Assembly (NCBI GenBank): GCA_047495785.1
Contig: JBLDXI010000012.1
Location: 1,116,001 to 1,180,000 of the forward strand
Length of the DNA stretch: 64,000 nucleotides
Direction: 5' to 3'
Source: Lepidodermella squamata
Taxonomy: Eukaryota; Animalia; Gastrotricha
Part shown: positions 1 through 11,752 of the stretch, one piece after another
Numbering within the stretch: position 1 is the stretch's first letter
Layout of the letters: each line of letters opens with the position of its first letter
The notes under the pieces: generated by a model
The model's database searches: none
What the model was told of the DNA's origin: nothing
The model's input: only the letters and a program-made list of their open reading frames with translations
Position numbers and translations under genes: made by a program

Positions 1-46
1 GCTTTTTCACCCAATCTCAAAACTTTAATGATCCTTTTTTTACTAG

Positions 47-253
47 ACTCTTGCCAAGATCGACCTGACCAAGGTTGAGCTCAAGTCGTGCCTGACCCAG
101 GAGGGCTACCTCGTCGTCGAGTGCCCGCTCCCGAAGATGACCACCGAGGAGATCGCCAAGATGCCGTTCACCGGCTACAACGCCTCGACTGGCATCCACG
201 CTGTCAACTGCCAGCTGAACCACGTCAAGCCCGTCACCGTCAAGACTGCCTAA
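47..253 (+). CDS. Last exon of a small heat-shock (alpha-crystallin domain) protein, subtype B; 5' part lies outside the window
   Basis: After the tag acceptor at 44-46 it reads TLAKIDLTKVELKSCLTQEGYLVVECPLPKMTTEEIAKM...HVKPVTVKTA*. It is a close paralog of exon 2 of the gene at 57497-58820, and the upstream intron is also similar. Confidence 0.9.
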   Translation, partial: TLAKIDLTKVELKSCLTQEGYLVVECPLPKMTTEEIAKMPFTGYNASTGIHAVNCQLNHVKPVTVKTA

Positions 254-574
254 AAAACGAGAAACAACCCCGAGAAGCTGATGAGCATTAGTCGAACTCG
301 ATTGTGAATGACATTTCTACTGTTGATCTATGTGATATTTGATTCTATGGTTGCTTCGCAACAATATTTCAAGAACATCGTTATCAGTAAAGCATGAACG
401 ATTGAGCAATGCGCGAGACTTTTTTAGTCATAGCAGGTTTATATTAGGTTTCTTTTTTCAACGAGCTGGGTCGCTTTTGAGGCCAAAAGTTGAACGACAC
501 CTGGTTGCACAGACACTTTTGAAAAAATTAATTTTATTGATAATTCTCATTTTTAGAACTTCTCAACATTTTGG

Positions 575-3500
575 TCAAACCTTAGAGCACTTCAAGCCGC
601 GGTCAACAAAACACGGACTAGCAATAGGATACGGAGATGGGCAGAATCCATCATCGGATGGAGACGCGATTTCCTCCCGCTCCTGGAATCCTTTATCATA
701 AACATTGCGGTTGAGCAGCCATGGTGGAGCTAATACAGAAGCAGGGTCGTACAGCGAATCTGTCCAGACATTCTCGAATGAATTGGCGTTAGAGAAAATT
801 GGCGGAAAGCGATCAACGTCCTGCCTCGGATCGAAGAGCGTGTTTTCATAGATCAAAGTCGCAGATTTCTTCAAGTGACTGATAAACTGAGCCGATTCTT
901 TATCAGCACAACTATCGCCATTATTCTCATCGATTGATGGGGAAAAATCACCCGAATTTGCTTGATCACATATTTCTATTTCACTTTTCGAGACCTTGAT
1001 AGTAAAAAAAAAATAGGAATATTTAAGTTGGAATATTCGCGCTTATAAACAAGTACGCGTTTTTTACTATTCGAACTTGGAAGAGATTCCAAAGCAAATA
1101 ATTGAATTTTTTTGCTCAAAATAGGGTGTGCCAAACAGCCCTAAATTTAGGGTTCCAGCTCTAAATTCGAGACTCCAGCACTAGATTTCCCTCATAAACA
1201 TGCTTTTTCGAGTTTCAAGTCTTCTTTGTTATCTCAATTATTTTGTTATCCTGCCTAACCAATAGATCTTCATATTACGCGTATTTTGCGGTCAGTTAAT
1301 GAGTTATACTTCAGCCTGCAGAGCCGATATCGATTCCATGTATCGATTTTACAAATCAGTGATTTTTCGTGGAACCCAACATCGCTAATTTTTCTACGTA
1401 ATTTAGGGCACCAGGTAGCTAGCATGTAAAATCCTAGGTTCAGGGAGGGCATCAGTATCGATCAAAAAACGAAAACGCCGAAATCTCAAAAAAACATGAA
1501 ACATTTAGAGACAGGACGCTTAAATTTAGTGCTGGAACCTCATTTTATGTGGTGCAAATATTTGGACCCCTTAAAATATTCTATTTCGAAGCTGAGTACA
1601 GTTCATACAGTTTCACCTGGTAGGAAAAAAGCGATTTCAGCGAATTTTATTGGGTGATGAAGTAATAGGAACCTTTCAGAAAGGTCAGGAAGCTCAAGAT
1701 TCAATTGAAATTATAAAATCAAGCAAAAATAATAGTTATTTTTTTATAGGGAATATGACGAGGCCAGATTATTTTTCCAACCCAGTGAAGTTGAGCCTTC
1801 CTCAGTTTCATGCGTGAAATATTTTGAGCGAAATTACCAATAATCCGAATAGTAAAAAATGCGTACTTCTTCAAGTACTCCGATAAAAATCAAGTGGAAT
1901 TTTCTTACACTTAATTTGGGATTTGAGGCCGTCTTCTCCTCTTGTTGAAGGGCGCCGATTTGTTGCATGAGCACAGCGACGACAATATTAATGAGGATGC
2001 TATATATTAAAAAAAATAAATGAAAAAAAATAATTGAAATTTGGTAAAAAAAACTCACAATTGTGAAAGTAGGACAAATGACATGAAATAAATTGGGGCG
2101 AATGCATGAATAATGTTACACGGAAGAACAGCCTTTTTCGAGCAAAATTTGTTGTCACCCGACATTCTAAGGATGTCCTTCAAGATCAGATTCCAATCAT
2201 CGCCCGTGAAAACTCTAAATAACGTAAGTGCTGCCATGCCGAAATTCTGAAAATTAGCATGACGCGACAGGCCGATGCAACGCTCGTAGGTACATTCGAA
2301 TCGCCCGTACAACTGAACCCCCAACGAGCCGTAGATGAAAAACAGCAATATGAAGAGAATCGATAGGTTGATGACTTGAGGAATTGCCGAGCTGACAGTG
2401 TCTAGCAAAACATGCAGACCCGTCGCAGCTCGCCATAGCTTAACAACTCGAGTTATTCGAAAAATTCTGGCGACTCTAACAACAGACGGCGATAGGTATG
2501 TAAGTTCAACATTGAAATTTTCCAGGTAAACAGCGACTAGGGATGAGGTGGTTATCGCCGCGTCTAATTGGTTCCATTTATCGCTGAGATAGCCGCAAAA
2601 GCCCATCGCCAGCATTTTAAGCAGCATTTCAGTGACTAGAAGGCCGAGAAATACGTAACCTGTTATTGTTATCGTATCTTCAAGCCAAGGCGGCATCATA
2701 TAGAACTCAACAGCCATGGATAACACGTTGATTGCCACGGCGGACATGATGAAAAGCTCGAATTTAGGATGAGTCACAAAATTAATCAAACCACGCCTCC
2801 AGGCAGGTTTCACTCGACTGGAAGCTCGGCCTCGACATCTTAGCCGGCAGGTATAATTCGCAGGCTGATTGCTTCTCTCAGGTTCATTCCTATTCATTTT
2901 CTCGGTGGTCTTTTGGAAATTATTTACAACGACCCCGACAAACATGTTGAGGGCGAAGAAGCAGACGATGAAGAGGAATGAGATGAAGTAGGCGTAGGCC
3001 CACGGGTTCGAGTTGTGAACCGGCGATAAATCCGGCCCGACGCAATCCGCCCCAGCCCGGGCTATCTCGCTCCAATCATCTAAAGTCGCTAGGATAAACA
3101 GGGTAACAAGGGCGTTGGGGAATGAGTTGAAATTATAGGAAGATATCTCCCAGTCGTAGCCTCTAGCCAGGCATTCTTCACGAGATTTAACACTGTCCAG
3201 CAGGATAGCCGTTTGCGACGATAGGTCTAGTGATGTACTCAAGTTACTTCCATAGGCGCGAATATCATAGCCCCTTGGCAGGAAGCATTTCGCAAAACAT
3301 CCGCTGAAAAGCTGGACGCCCAAAATGCCGAAAACGCCGAAGAAGAAGAAGCAAATCAGAGCGATGTGGCCGATAGGTTTTATAGAGACAATCAAAGTTT
3401 TTAGAACTATCCTCAGCCCACGAGCTCTTGAGATGAACCTCAATGGCCTCAAGGCCCTGAGAAGTCGAATCGGACGAAGGGCTAGAAAAATTGACTGATT

Positions 3501-6500
3501 TACCACGGTCCCTTTAAGCAAGTCTAGAGCTACGTCCATCACCGAAAGAAGAAGCAGGAAAAAGTCGAGGATATTAGCCGGATTTCGGAGGTAGGCACCC
3601 CTTTGAAATAGAAATCCATCAGCGATACTCTTGCATATCATCTCAAGTAGGAAAGCTCCACCGATGACGTAGCCGGCAACTCTCTCAAATTGCCGCTCGA
3701 AATCACTCATTTCCTCGCGTTCAATGCTAATCAATACGCAGCTGAAAATGGTTACAATAATGTAGAATGTGTCCCATATTGGCGAGGTTACAGCTTTTTT
3801 AAGGCGGATGCGAATGCAGTTGCGAGGTGGGAAGATGAAAAATGACGATTTGTTCGATCTACAGCACAAAATGTTAGCAAGGTTTCGCCTGATGTACCTC
3901 CCGACAGATAGAGCTTTCGCGATTGATTTGTGCCTGCCTAGCCCAGCGGTCTCCAGCTTAATTTTCGCCTCCTCCATCGCCTTGATATGCGCTTCGAGTT
4001 CTTCCTCTTGTTTGCTGCTGAATCCCTCGACTAGGATACCGACGATCAGGTTGAAAATGATGTAATCGCCGATGGCGACTAGGCCTACGAAATAGATGGC
4101 AGCCCATGCGCCGGTGTAGAACATGCCGTCACGCATGACTGTTGCCCAATTGTCGCGAGTGATGATCTGCAGCACGGTGAATAGCGATTGAAATATTGAG
4201 TCGAAATTAGCATGGGAGCAGTGAGATACAGCCACCATTTCCCCTCCTTCAGACGTCATTGTTACGTTATCGTCATCGTTGTAGGATAGAACCTTGAATT
4301 GGCATGGTGGTGGGGTAGCTGCTGGGATTGCCGTAGGACGTTCGCAGAATTTACAGCCGAAAAGGCTCAAACCCAACAACGCGACAATGTAGAGGAAAAA
4401 CCCGAATAGTAGGAAAAACGTCGTCACATTATCAACAGTATGGAGCATCAGCATCAACTGCTTTTGCAATGATGGCATAAAGCGGAGGATTTTGACTAGG
4501 CGAACTAGCCGGAAAAGCCGTAGTACCGCGAAACCCGATGTTGTATCGCCACTTTGGTTATTCAGAATCTCCACCACGCTGAATAGGCTAATGAATTTCA
4601 ATCTCTTGGTACATTTTTTACCTACTTAATGATAATAACGGCAGCATCGAGCAAGTTGAAAGCTTCTCTCAAGAAAGCTGTGGGTCCCAAAGCGATGAAA
4701 CGAATAGAAAGCTCTGCCAGAAAAATGCCGGTAAAAACCAGATTAGCTTGTTCGATCCATTGAGTCAAAGTAGCGGACTGCAAAAGCATTATGTTACCAA
4801 ATGAATCACCTTTGAATGGTGTTAAAAGTGTCAAAATTAAAATTTTAAAATTTCAAAATTATTTCAAAAAATGAGGGTGCCCCTAAAGCCCCTAAAATAT
4901 TGTTTTTCAAAACTAACCCTAACACTTATCTTAACCAATAAAAACCTAGCAATTCGTGAAAAACTTCAATTTCAAAAATTATGAGCCAAAAATTAAAATT
5001 AATAATTACAAAAAAATTGAAATTTTGTAAAAATTAACTAGATATAAATTTGAAGGGTTGTACGACTTTTCAGCAGTGACATTTCAGCAAATGAGGGTCA
5101 AATGAGCAGTGACTTTTCATCAGTGACAAGTCAGCAGCGATTTTTGTTAATTTTTCCTATATTTTTTCAAACTTATTATTTTTATCTCAATGACATTTGC
5201 GCAGTGACATTTCATCAGGAGAATTTTAGCCACCCTAAGCAGGGGGACTATGCGCTACATTGAAGTCGAGCTCAAAAAGTGCAAGGTCAATGCCCAAGAT
5301 TAATAAATAAAAATTGACGAAATGTCACTTGCTCATTTGTCGCTGCTGAAATGTCACTGCTCACTTGTCTACATGAATCATTTAAATTGATACAAAAATT
5401 GGATTTTTATGGATTTTTCACTGACAAGGTGTCACTGATGGAAAGTCACTGCTGATTTGACCCTCATTTGCGGAAGTGTCACTGCTGAAAAGTCTGACCA
5501 CGAATTTGAAGTTTTTGCTTGGAAAATCAAAAAATTTCAGGAATTTTTGAAATAAATAAATAATAAACGTTAGCAAATTACTTGTCCATGATGCTCGAGG
5601 CCCATTACGACGGCATTGAAGATGATGAGAATGCCAGTGAAAGCCTGTACAAAGGCACTCTCTAGACCTTTCAGAGTGCCATTCTGAATAGCGAAAACGC
5701 ATCTCCAAATCAATTCTGTCAAAAGGTAAAATACACAGCGGAAATTATAGAGATTATAGAGATTTTAATTTCGAACTAGTTTTTCGAAGATTTTGTAACC
5801 GTTCCTTCTCCAATCGCTTCGCCTCGCAAACGGGACATTTATCGCCGCCAAATGAAGCAGTCCGGATGGAAGGTGCCAAGCAAAGCCGCCGGTCATTCGT
5901 TATTTCCAGTTTAATCACCAGTGATTCAATGTGGTCTGTTTTTCGGCAAAAGGTTGACGCGAAGAAGCCGCGAACCTGGCGTGCGATGTGTCCGAAAAGC
6001 TTGAAAATTTGAGCGTAAAGCCCGTTCGAGTAACTTGAAACTGATTCCAACGTCGATACTGAGACCAAGTCGTCTTCAGTGCCATTATGGACATGTGTTT
6101 TACGACGTTCGTAACGCTTGATAAAATTTGGATTAGTTCAGGCCTAAAACCCGCGAATTCAACTTACGATTTGTTCTCGAACTTGCATTCTAGTTATCGC
6201 AAATTGAGCTGCGATGACAACAAGGCAAAGCTTAACGGCAAAGTATGAGCCAAGCTGTATTGAGAAGAATTGGACCTTTAGGACCTTTGTGAGCTCTTTA
6301 ACACTTACGAGGAGCAATATGACGAAGTAAGTCCACGTCCAGAATGAAAATCCATCTTGCAAATAGTTCATAATATCGACCCAGCCTTCGAGCGAAACTA
6401 CCTGGAAAATCGATACAATAGCGTAGCCGAAGTTGTCGAAATTGGTAAGTCCATGTGCCGGGTTCGGTCCTTCAGCTCGGCACTCTGAGTAGTGATTAAC

Positions 6501-7808
6501 CCACGCCCGGCACGCCGCCAGAGATGTTTCGTTGTTAGGAAACATGTCCAGGCACATCGAGTTATGCTCTTCAAACAGCGGAATTTGCTTGCAAAGCCGC
6601 ATTCCAAAGACGGGCGAACAAATGAAATCATCATCCGGCGGGTCGTAGTAGGACGGCATGAATTCGGGCGGGCTGGTTTGGTTGACTTCAAGTGGGAAGA
6701 AACATCGTTGCCGTAACACCCCAGCCCACAATTGCACGGCAATAACGGCAAATACGAACAGAACGAAAAAGCAAAACAGCAAAACTGCGATGAAATTTTA
6801 AATTATAGTCTTTCAATTGAATTTCGAAATTTACCATTTCCAATCATCGGCAAAATGTCTAAGATCAAAGTAACTAAAAGCCTGAGGCTTGAAATTCGAT
6901 TGATGGCTCTTAGCGGTCTTAGGACTCTGAGGGCGCGAATGGCGACGAGGCTGAAGTGGGAATCGGCTGAAAGGTACTCGGTCAGTCTGAAATCAATTGA
7001 TATAATTAGAGCGATATTTTTTATCATTTTGACCAACCCCATAACGATGATGAAGCAGTCGAAGCGGTTCCAAGGTTCGCTGAGATAGGCCCTTTTGCCG
7101 AACACGCCCATGGCGAACATTTTGATGAGCATTTCGGCGAGAAAGAAGGCAAAGATGACATTTTCGCAGATTTCCAGGATTAGGCATAGCTTTGTTTCGC
7201 AGAGCGAGTCGCAGGGGTCGACTAAGCCGAGAGTTACGCTGTTCACGAGGATAGCTAAAATGCTCAGCCACTCGAACCACTTGAAAGCAAAAGCAAAAAA
7301 ATTATTGAAATTATTTTCCAATTCCGTTTTTATGCCTTGAATAAGTAATTCGGACTCGAAAATGCTTTGAAACTTGGAAACTATAGTACGCTGTCCTAAT
7401 TTGGACCAATTTTCAAAGGAATATAGTTAATTCACTACCAAATTCTTATTGAATTCTGTACCAAATTATCTAGGTCCAAGTCTCCAATTTTAAGACCCAG
7501 CCTCAGACCATAACTTAACCCCTACCCCCTACCTAATCCTAACCTAACCCTAACCTAGCCAGTTAAATAACCGAATATTATGTTTAGGTATTGAATTAAA
7601 TGAAATTTGGTACCGCGTTAAGCTTTTCCCATTTTCAGATTTTTTTAACTTCAAATAATTTTGATAAAAATATTAATTTAACTATTTTATAAACTTATCT
7701 CCATGTCACGAGTTTGATAACAGCTCGGCGAAGGCAGTTCTGTTCACTAAAGCAAAACAGCGATTTATCCGCGAAAATAATAGGCTCGGTATTATAGAAA
7801 TCAGCCAT
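575..7808 (-). CDS. T-type (Cav3-like) voltage-gated calcium channel alpha-1 subunit, about 11 exons, about 1570 aa
   Basis: Four repeats have intact S4 segments (AIRALRVLRPLRAINR, VLRLFRLVRLVKILR, LRPIRLLRALRPLRFISR, VRVARIFRITRVVK). Cav3-type motifs include LWAGVLRQRC, GPNPAHGLTNFDN, LNMFVGVVVNNF, CIGLSRHANF and a gating-brake-like STLES..YAQIFKLFGHIAR. ATG is at 7808 (MADFYNTEP) and the last exon is 994-575. Confidence 0.92.
1027..1885. mobile_element. Non-autonomous TIR element, family A (possibly Kolobok-like), in the last Cav3 intron and interrupted by a family B element
   Basis: aagtacgcgttttttactattcg (1051-1073) is inverted against cgaatagtaaaaaatgcgtactt (1846-1868). The core ggaacctttcagaaaggtcaggaagctcaagattca matches the reverse complement of about 28194-28229. 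TTAA lies at 1023-1026. Confidence 0.7.
1122..1571. mobile_element. Non-autonomous TIR element, family B, nested inside family A
   Basis: Termini are agggtgtgccaaa and tttggacccct, with subterminal inverted repeats ggttccagctctaaatt and aatttagtgctggaacc. The family A sequence resumes after it. A second copy lies at about 35929-36625. Confidence 0.65.
5056..5501. mobile_element. Foldback/MITE with CAGTGAC subrepeats in a Cav3 intron
   Basis: gacttttcagcagtgacatttcagcaaatgagggtcaaatgagcagtgactttt is inverted against aaagtcactgctgatttgaccctcatttgcggaagtgtcactgctgaaaagtc. Confidence 0.7.
7385..7620. repeat. Small repeat element containing a degenerate (CCCTAA/CCTAA)n tract in Cav3 intron 1
   Basis: cttaacccctaccccctacctaatcctaacctaaccctaacc at about 7514-7556, flanked by weak inverted ends acgctgtcctaattt and aaatttggtaccgcgt. 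Confidence 0.4.
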
Positions 7809-8468
7809 TGCCAGTATATTTACATCAACTGTTAGGATTGAACAAGTTGCAAACACTCCACTATCCTAGATTTTGCACTATCAATATCTACTGCGAAATG
7901 TCTCTCTCGAGGCCACAAACATTGCCCATTTATTTTCTAACCCTCTAATAAAGCTGCGATCTCTAAATTTAAGCTCATCGTTCTGTTATATATCCGCGGC
8001 AGTCACATGACCGAAAAACAAGATCAGTCCTCGTACACCATTTTCAGACAATATATTAATTTATTTTAAAAGCTTGTCTCTATAAAAGGCGTAATTGTTT
8101 TTGCGAATTTCTACGCTAAAATCCCACGAGTCGATTTGATCAAGTAGGCGCACTTGGTGAATTCCAGCAGCGATGCCCCAATTAAAATTCATAAATAGAA
8201 TCGATAGCAAGCGAAAAAGAGACATCTGCTCAACTCTGCGTGACGAGGACTAGATCGATCCTGTTTTAGTAAAATTACCAGAATCCCTATCTAGTTCGTC
8301 TGTTTCAGATTCTATTTAAATAGAGGAATTTTCGTTTTATAACTCAGTGGCTGAGGGGGACATGCCAACACCATCATGCCCATTCATAAATTTACCTAAA
8401 AATTTACAAACAGCATTTGCTAGACTGATGGCACGCGACTTGAGTGTTTCGATTGAATAAAAAACGGA

Positions 8469-9935
8469 ATGAAAAATTCTTCGAACGAAAATTGGTGGGA
8501 AAAAACGCATTCTACGATGAATTTGAGAAAAGGCATTTTTAAATCAATCGCATCAGTATTTTTTAGTATTATTATCGCCTTCGTTTTGTTAACTCATCTT
8601 TTAAGCGTCGAAGATGTTCAGAAGATCGATAATCAATCTTCGTCCCATTCAATCGTGAACCCCCCACGCCAGCTAACCTACCGCGAGTGCCGAAAATTGT
8701 TTTACTATCGAGTGAAAGAAATTCGGCCGTATGAAACCCGAAAACCGTGGCCGACCAGCATTTTCATGAAACGCTACAACGCGACAAGGCAGAGCGTTTT
8801 CCTCATCGTAACGACAACATGGCCAGGTGAGCCGCCTAAACGTGTACCTCAAGTTTTCTCCAAGGCCGAGTACAAAAAATGGGCAAGTGATGCGAACTGG
8901 TTAATCCAGGTTTCGGGAGATAATCAATGGCTGCCGTGCAACTTTCGAACAACCGGAAATCGGCTTGACAAGCATAAATTGGTCGCTGTATTTGAATGTC
9001 CCTTGGCAATGGCTTATTACAACGGGGTTGAGTTATCGGTTATAGCTAAAATGGGCCACAAAATTGAAGTTTTTATGGAAAAGTTGCCATCGTGCCAAAT
9101 TCAACTTCCAAAGCCCCGTTACCGCCTAGTTGCTACAACGCTGGTCGCTGAGGACCATATTGACCGAATTCCCGAATGGATCGAGTACCATCATCTCATC
9201 GGCTTCGAGTTTTTCGTAATTTACGTGAATCAAAATTCAACGACTCGATTCGAAAAATTGCTCGATGTTTATATAAATCAACTAAAAATTGCTGAAGTTT
9301 CAATTTTTTATCACGATCAAGTGACAAGCAGTAACAGGAATTCAACATCGCAGGTTCCTAGCGAAAATGATTGCCTGTACCAATTGAAAGGGCGTGCGAA
9401 ATGGCTGGCTGTTATCGACGTTGATGAATTCATCCAGCTTTACCCGGGGACGAATTCGAAAAAAGCGGCAAGTTTACTGGATTACTTGGAAAAGGTGCAT
9501 CGAGATTCGGGTTTTATCGGTGGGGTAAAGCTGTACAACTGGTTTTTTGGCTATGAGCCAAATCGTAATCCACCGAGGACTTTGGCGAAATGGAACGATG
9601 GCAATGTCGTGTTTTCTCGAGTTAACGAAATGAGACGGCGAACCGTGGATAAATGGCCCGAGGCGATAGATTGGCGGCGTAAAACTATCATGCTAGTCAG
9701 CAATGTAGCGTATTTTTGGATTCACTCTGTTAGCATGGGTGGCCAGGCTGTGTGGGCGGATGCTTATGAGGACGCGAGGCTTGTTCACTACAGGACGCCG
9801 TACCTTCAACCAGGCGAATTCCTGAACGGATCGGCAACCTATGACGACAGTATGGCTGAGAAGTTCGGGAAAATGATAAGCGAAAGACTTGTATCTCGAG
9901 GTTTTATAGTGAATGAAACTGCTTTCTATGAATAA
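8469..9935 (+). CDS. Glycosyltransferase family 92 (DUF23) type II membrane protein, intronless
   Basis: N-terminal TM anchor (IASVFFSIIIAFVLLTHLL), the motifs EWIEYHHLIGFEFFVIY and NDCLYQLKGRAKWLAVIDVDEFI (DxD), and C-terminal WIH and LVHYR. Confidence 0.85.
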   Translation: MKNSSNENWWEKTHSTMNLRKGIFKSIASVFFSIIIAFVLLTHLLSVEDVQKIDNQSSSHSIVNPPRQLTYRECRKLFYYRVKEIRPYETRKPWPTSIFMKRYNATRQSVFLIVTTTWPGEPPKRVPQVFSKAEYKKWASDANWLIQVSGDNQWLPCNFRTTGNRLDKHKLVAVFECPLAMAYYNGVELSVIAKMGHKIEVFMEKLPSCQIQLPKPRYRLVATTLVAEDHIDRIPEWIEYHHLIGFEFFVIYVNQNSTTRFEKLLDVYINQLKIAEVSIFYHDQVTSSNRNSTSQVPSENDCLYQLKGRAKWLAVIDVDEFIQLYPGTNSKKAASLLDYLEKVHRDSGFIGGVKLYNWFFGYEPNRNPPRTLAKWNDGNVVFSRVNEMRRRTVDKWPEAIDWRRKTIMLVSNVAYFWIHSVSMGGQAVWADAYEDARLVHYRTPYLQPGEFLNGSATYDDSMAEKFGKMISERLVSRGFIVNETAFYE

Positions 9936-10182
9936 TAAAAAATCGATTAAGGAGGAAAATGCTAAAAGTTTTGATGTAAATTCTTTAGATTCAATTCTTA
10001 ACAGGGTTATCAGTAGTCGAAGGGACTAATGTAACGGAGATAACAAACATTTGAAATGCAGAGAAAAGTTCTGATTTATTGCATCTCTGAATAAAATTCG
10101 ATCGCATTTGATTGATCACATTGATTCAATGAGTCTTTCCACTGAGAGTTTTTCTATGCTCCAAGGCTTTCAGATTTCACAT

Positions 10183-11752
10183 TTAGGCAGTCTTGACGGT
10201 GACGGGCTTGACGGCATTGGCGATGTTGCCGTAGACGTTGCTGCCACCGAAGACGTTGCCGTAGACGTTGCTGTTGTTGAGGGCAGCGGCGGTGAGCAGC
10301 TGGGACGACGAAACCGGCAGCTTGGCGATCTCCTCGGCGCTCAGCTTCGGCAGCTCGGCCTCGATGGTCAGGAAGCCGTTGGCGTTCAGCTGCGACTTGA
10401 GCTCAACCTTGGCCAGGTCGACCTTGGCAAGGGTCTGAGAAGAGATACAGTTAGCATTTCAAGTTGGAAAAAGTTGCTGAATAGCTCACCTCGGGCAGGA
10501 CGAACTTGCGCGAGTACTTGCGGGCGACGGTGTGCTCCTTGCCGTCCTTGGCCTCGTGGGCAGCCTCGACGACGACGGCGCGCTCGGCCTTGTTCAGGGT
10601 GACGGCGACTTCCTCAGGCTTGAAGCCCTTGAGCTCAAAGGCGAGGAACAGCTGGCGGTTGCCCTGGTTGTCGACGTACTGCACCGGGTTGGTCAGGGTG
10701 TAGAGCTCGGCCTGGCTGGACGGGCGGAAGGCGATGTTGTACAGCTTGTCGGCGGCAGCCTGCGAGTTGGCGAGGCCGTTGATGTTGCCGCCGAAGAGAC
10801 CAGCCTGGTTGGCGAAGGTGTTGGCACCGCCGAAGGTGTTGGCTCCGAAGTTGTTCAGCTGGTTGCCAGAGAACTGACCGTTGAAGGCAGCGTTGCCACC
10901 GAAGAGGCCAGAGAAGTTGTTGGCACCACCGAAGAGACCGTTGTTGTAGACACCAGCCAAGCTGTTGACGTTACCACCGAAGTTGTTGAACTGGTTGGCA
11001 CCGAAAAGGCCGGCATTGTAGCTGTTCAGGCCACCGAACAGACCGTTGTTGAGGGCGTTGAAGCCGCCGAAGTTGCCAGCGATGTTGGCACCAGTACCGA
11101 AGGCGCCGCCGTTGATCTGGGCAGCGACACAGGCACCCAGCTTGGCACCTGCCTGCGAGATGATCGTGGCGCCGATCTGGGCGACGACCTGGTTGTTGGC
11201 AAAGAAGGCACCAGCAGCGGCAGCCTGTCCGCCGAGCTTGGCAGCCAGAACAGCGGCCAACTGGGCGCCGGCCTGAGCACCCCACTGGGCACCCTGTTGG
11301 GCGGTCGACTGAACGCCGAATCCGGTGGCGGCGGCGAAGACGGCCAGTTGGGCACCCAACTCGGCGACGACCTCGGCGCCGTAGGCAGCTCCCAGCTGGG
11401 CGGCCCACTGGGCTCCGAAGGTGGCGTTCAGCTGGCCGGCGATGGCAGCACCCAGCTGAGCACCGTACTCCTGGCCGATCAGGGCGCCGATCTTGGCGCC
11501 GACCTGAGCAGCGACGTTGTTGGCGTTGATCTGACCGCCGACGAGGCCGTTGTTGTAGGCACCAGCCCAGTTGTTGACGTTACCGCCGAGAACACCACCA
11601 AAGACGTTGCTGTTGACGCCGAAGCCAGTGGCAGCCGAGGCGGCGTTGATGCCAGCGAGACCAGATTGGTTGTATTGGCCGAGCTTGGCAGCAAGACCGT
11701 CGAAACCAGCCGACAGGACGGACGAAGCGTTGTTAGCGAAAGAGCAGGCCAT
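10183..11752 (-). CDS. Giant sHSP subtype A, copy 1 (504 aa; exons 11752-10490 and 10434-10183)
   Basis: Starts MACSFANN, followed by a GAxx repeat domain, GLFG/N-rich repeats and an alpha-crystallin domain (FELKGFKPEEV...YSRKFVLPE/...LNANGFLTIEAELP), ending VKPVTVKTA. One 55-nt GT-AG intron. Confidence 0.92.

Noticed and set aside
7514-7556. Telomere-like repeats as a chromosome fusion scar
   Set aside because: The tract is short, degenerate, in a single orientation and inside a small repeat element in an intron.
8469-9935. Intronless GT92 as a horizontal-transfer candidate
   Set aside because: GT92 is native to many animals, the composition resembles neighbouring genes, and other genes here also have few introns. 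A phylogeny would be needed.
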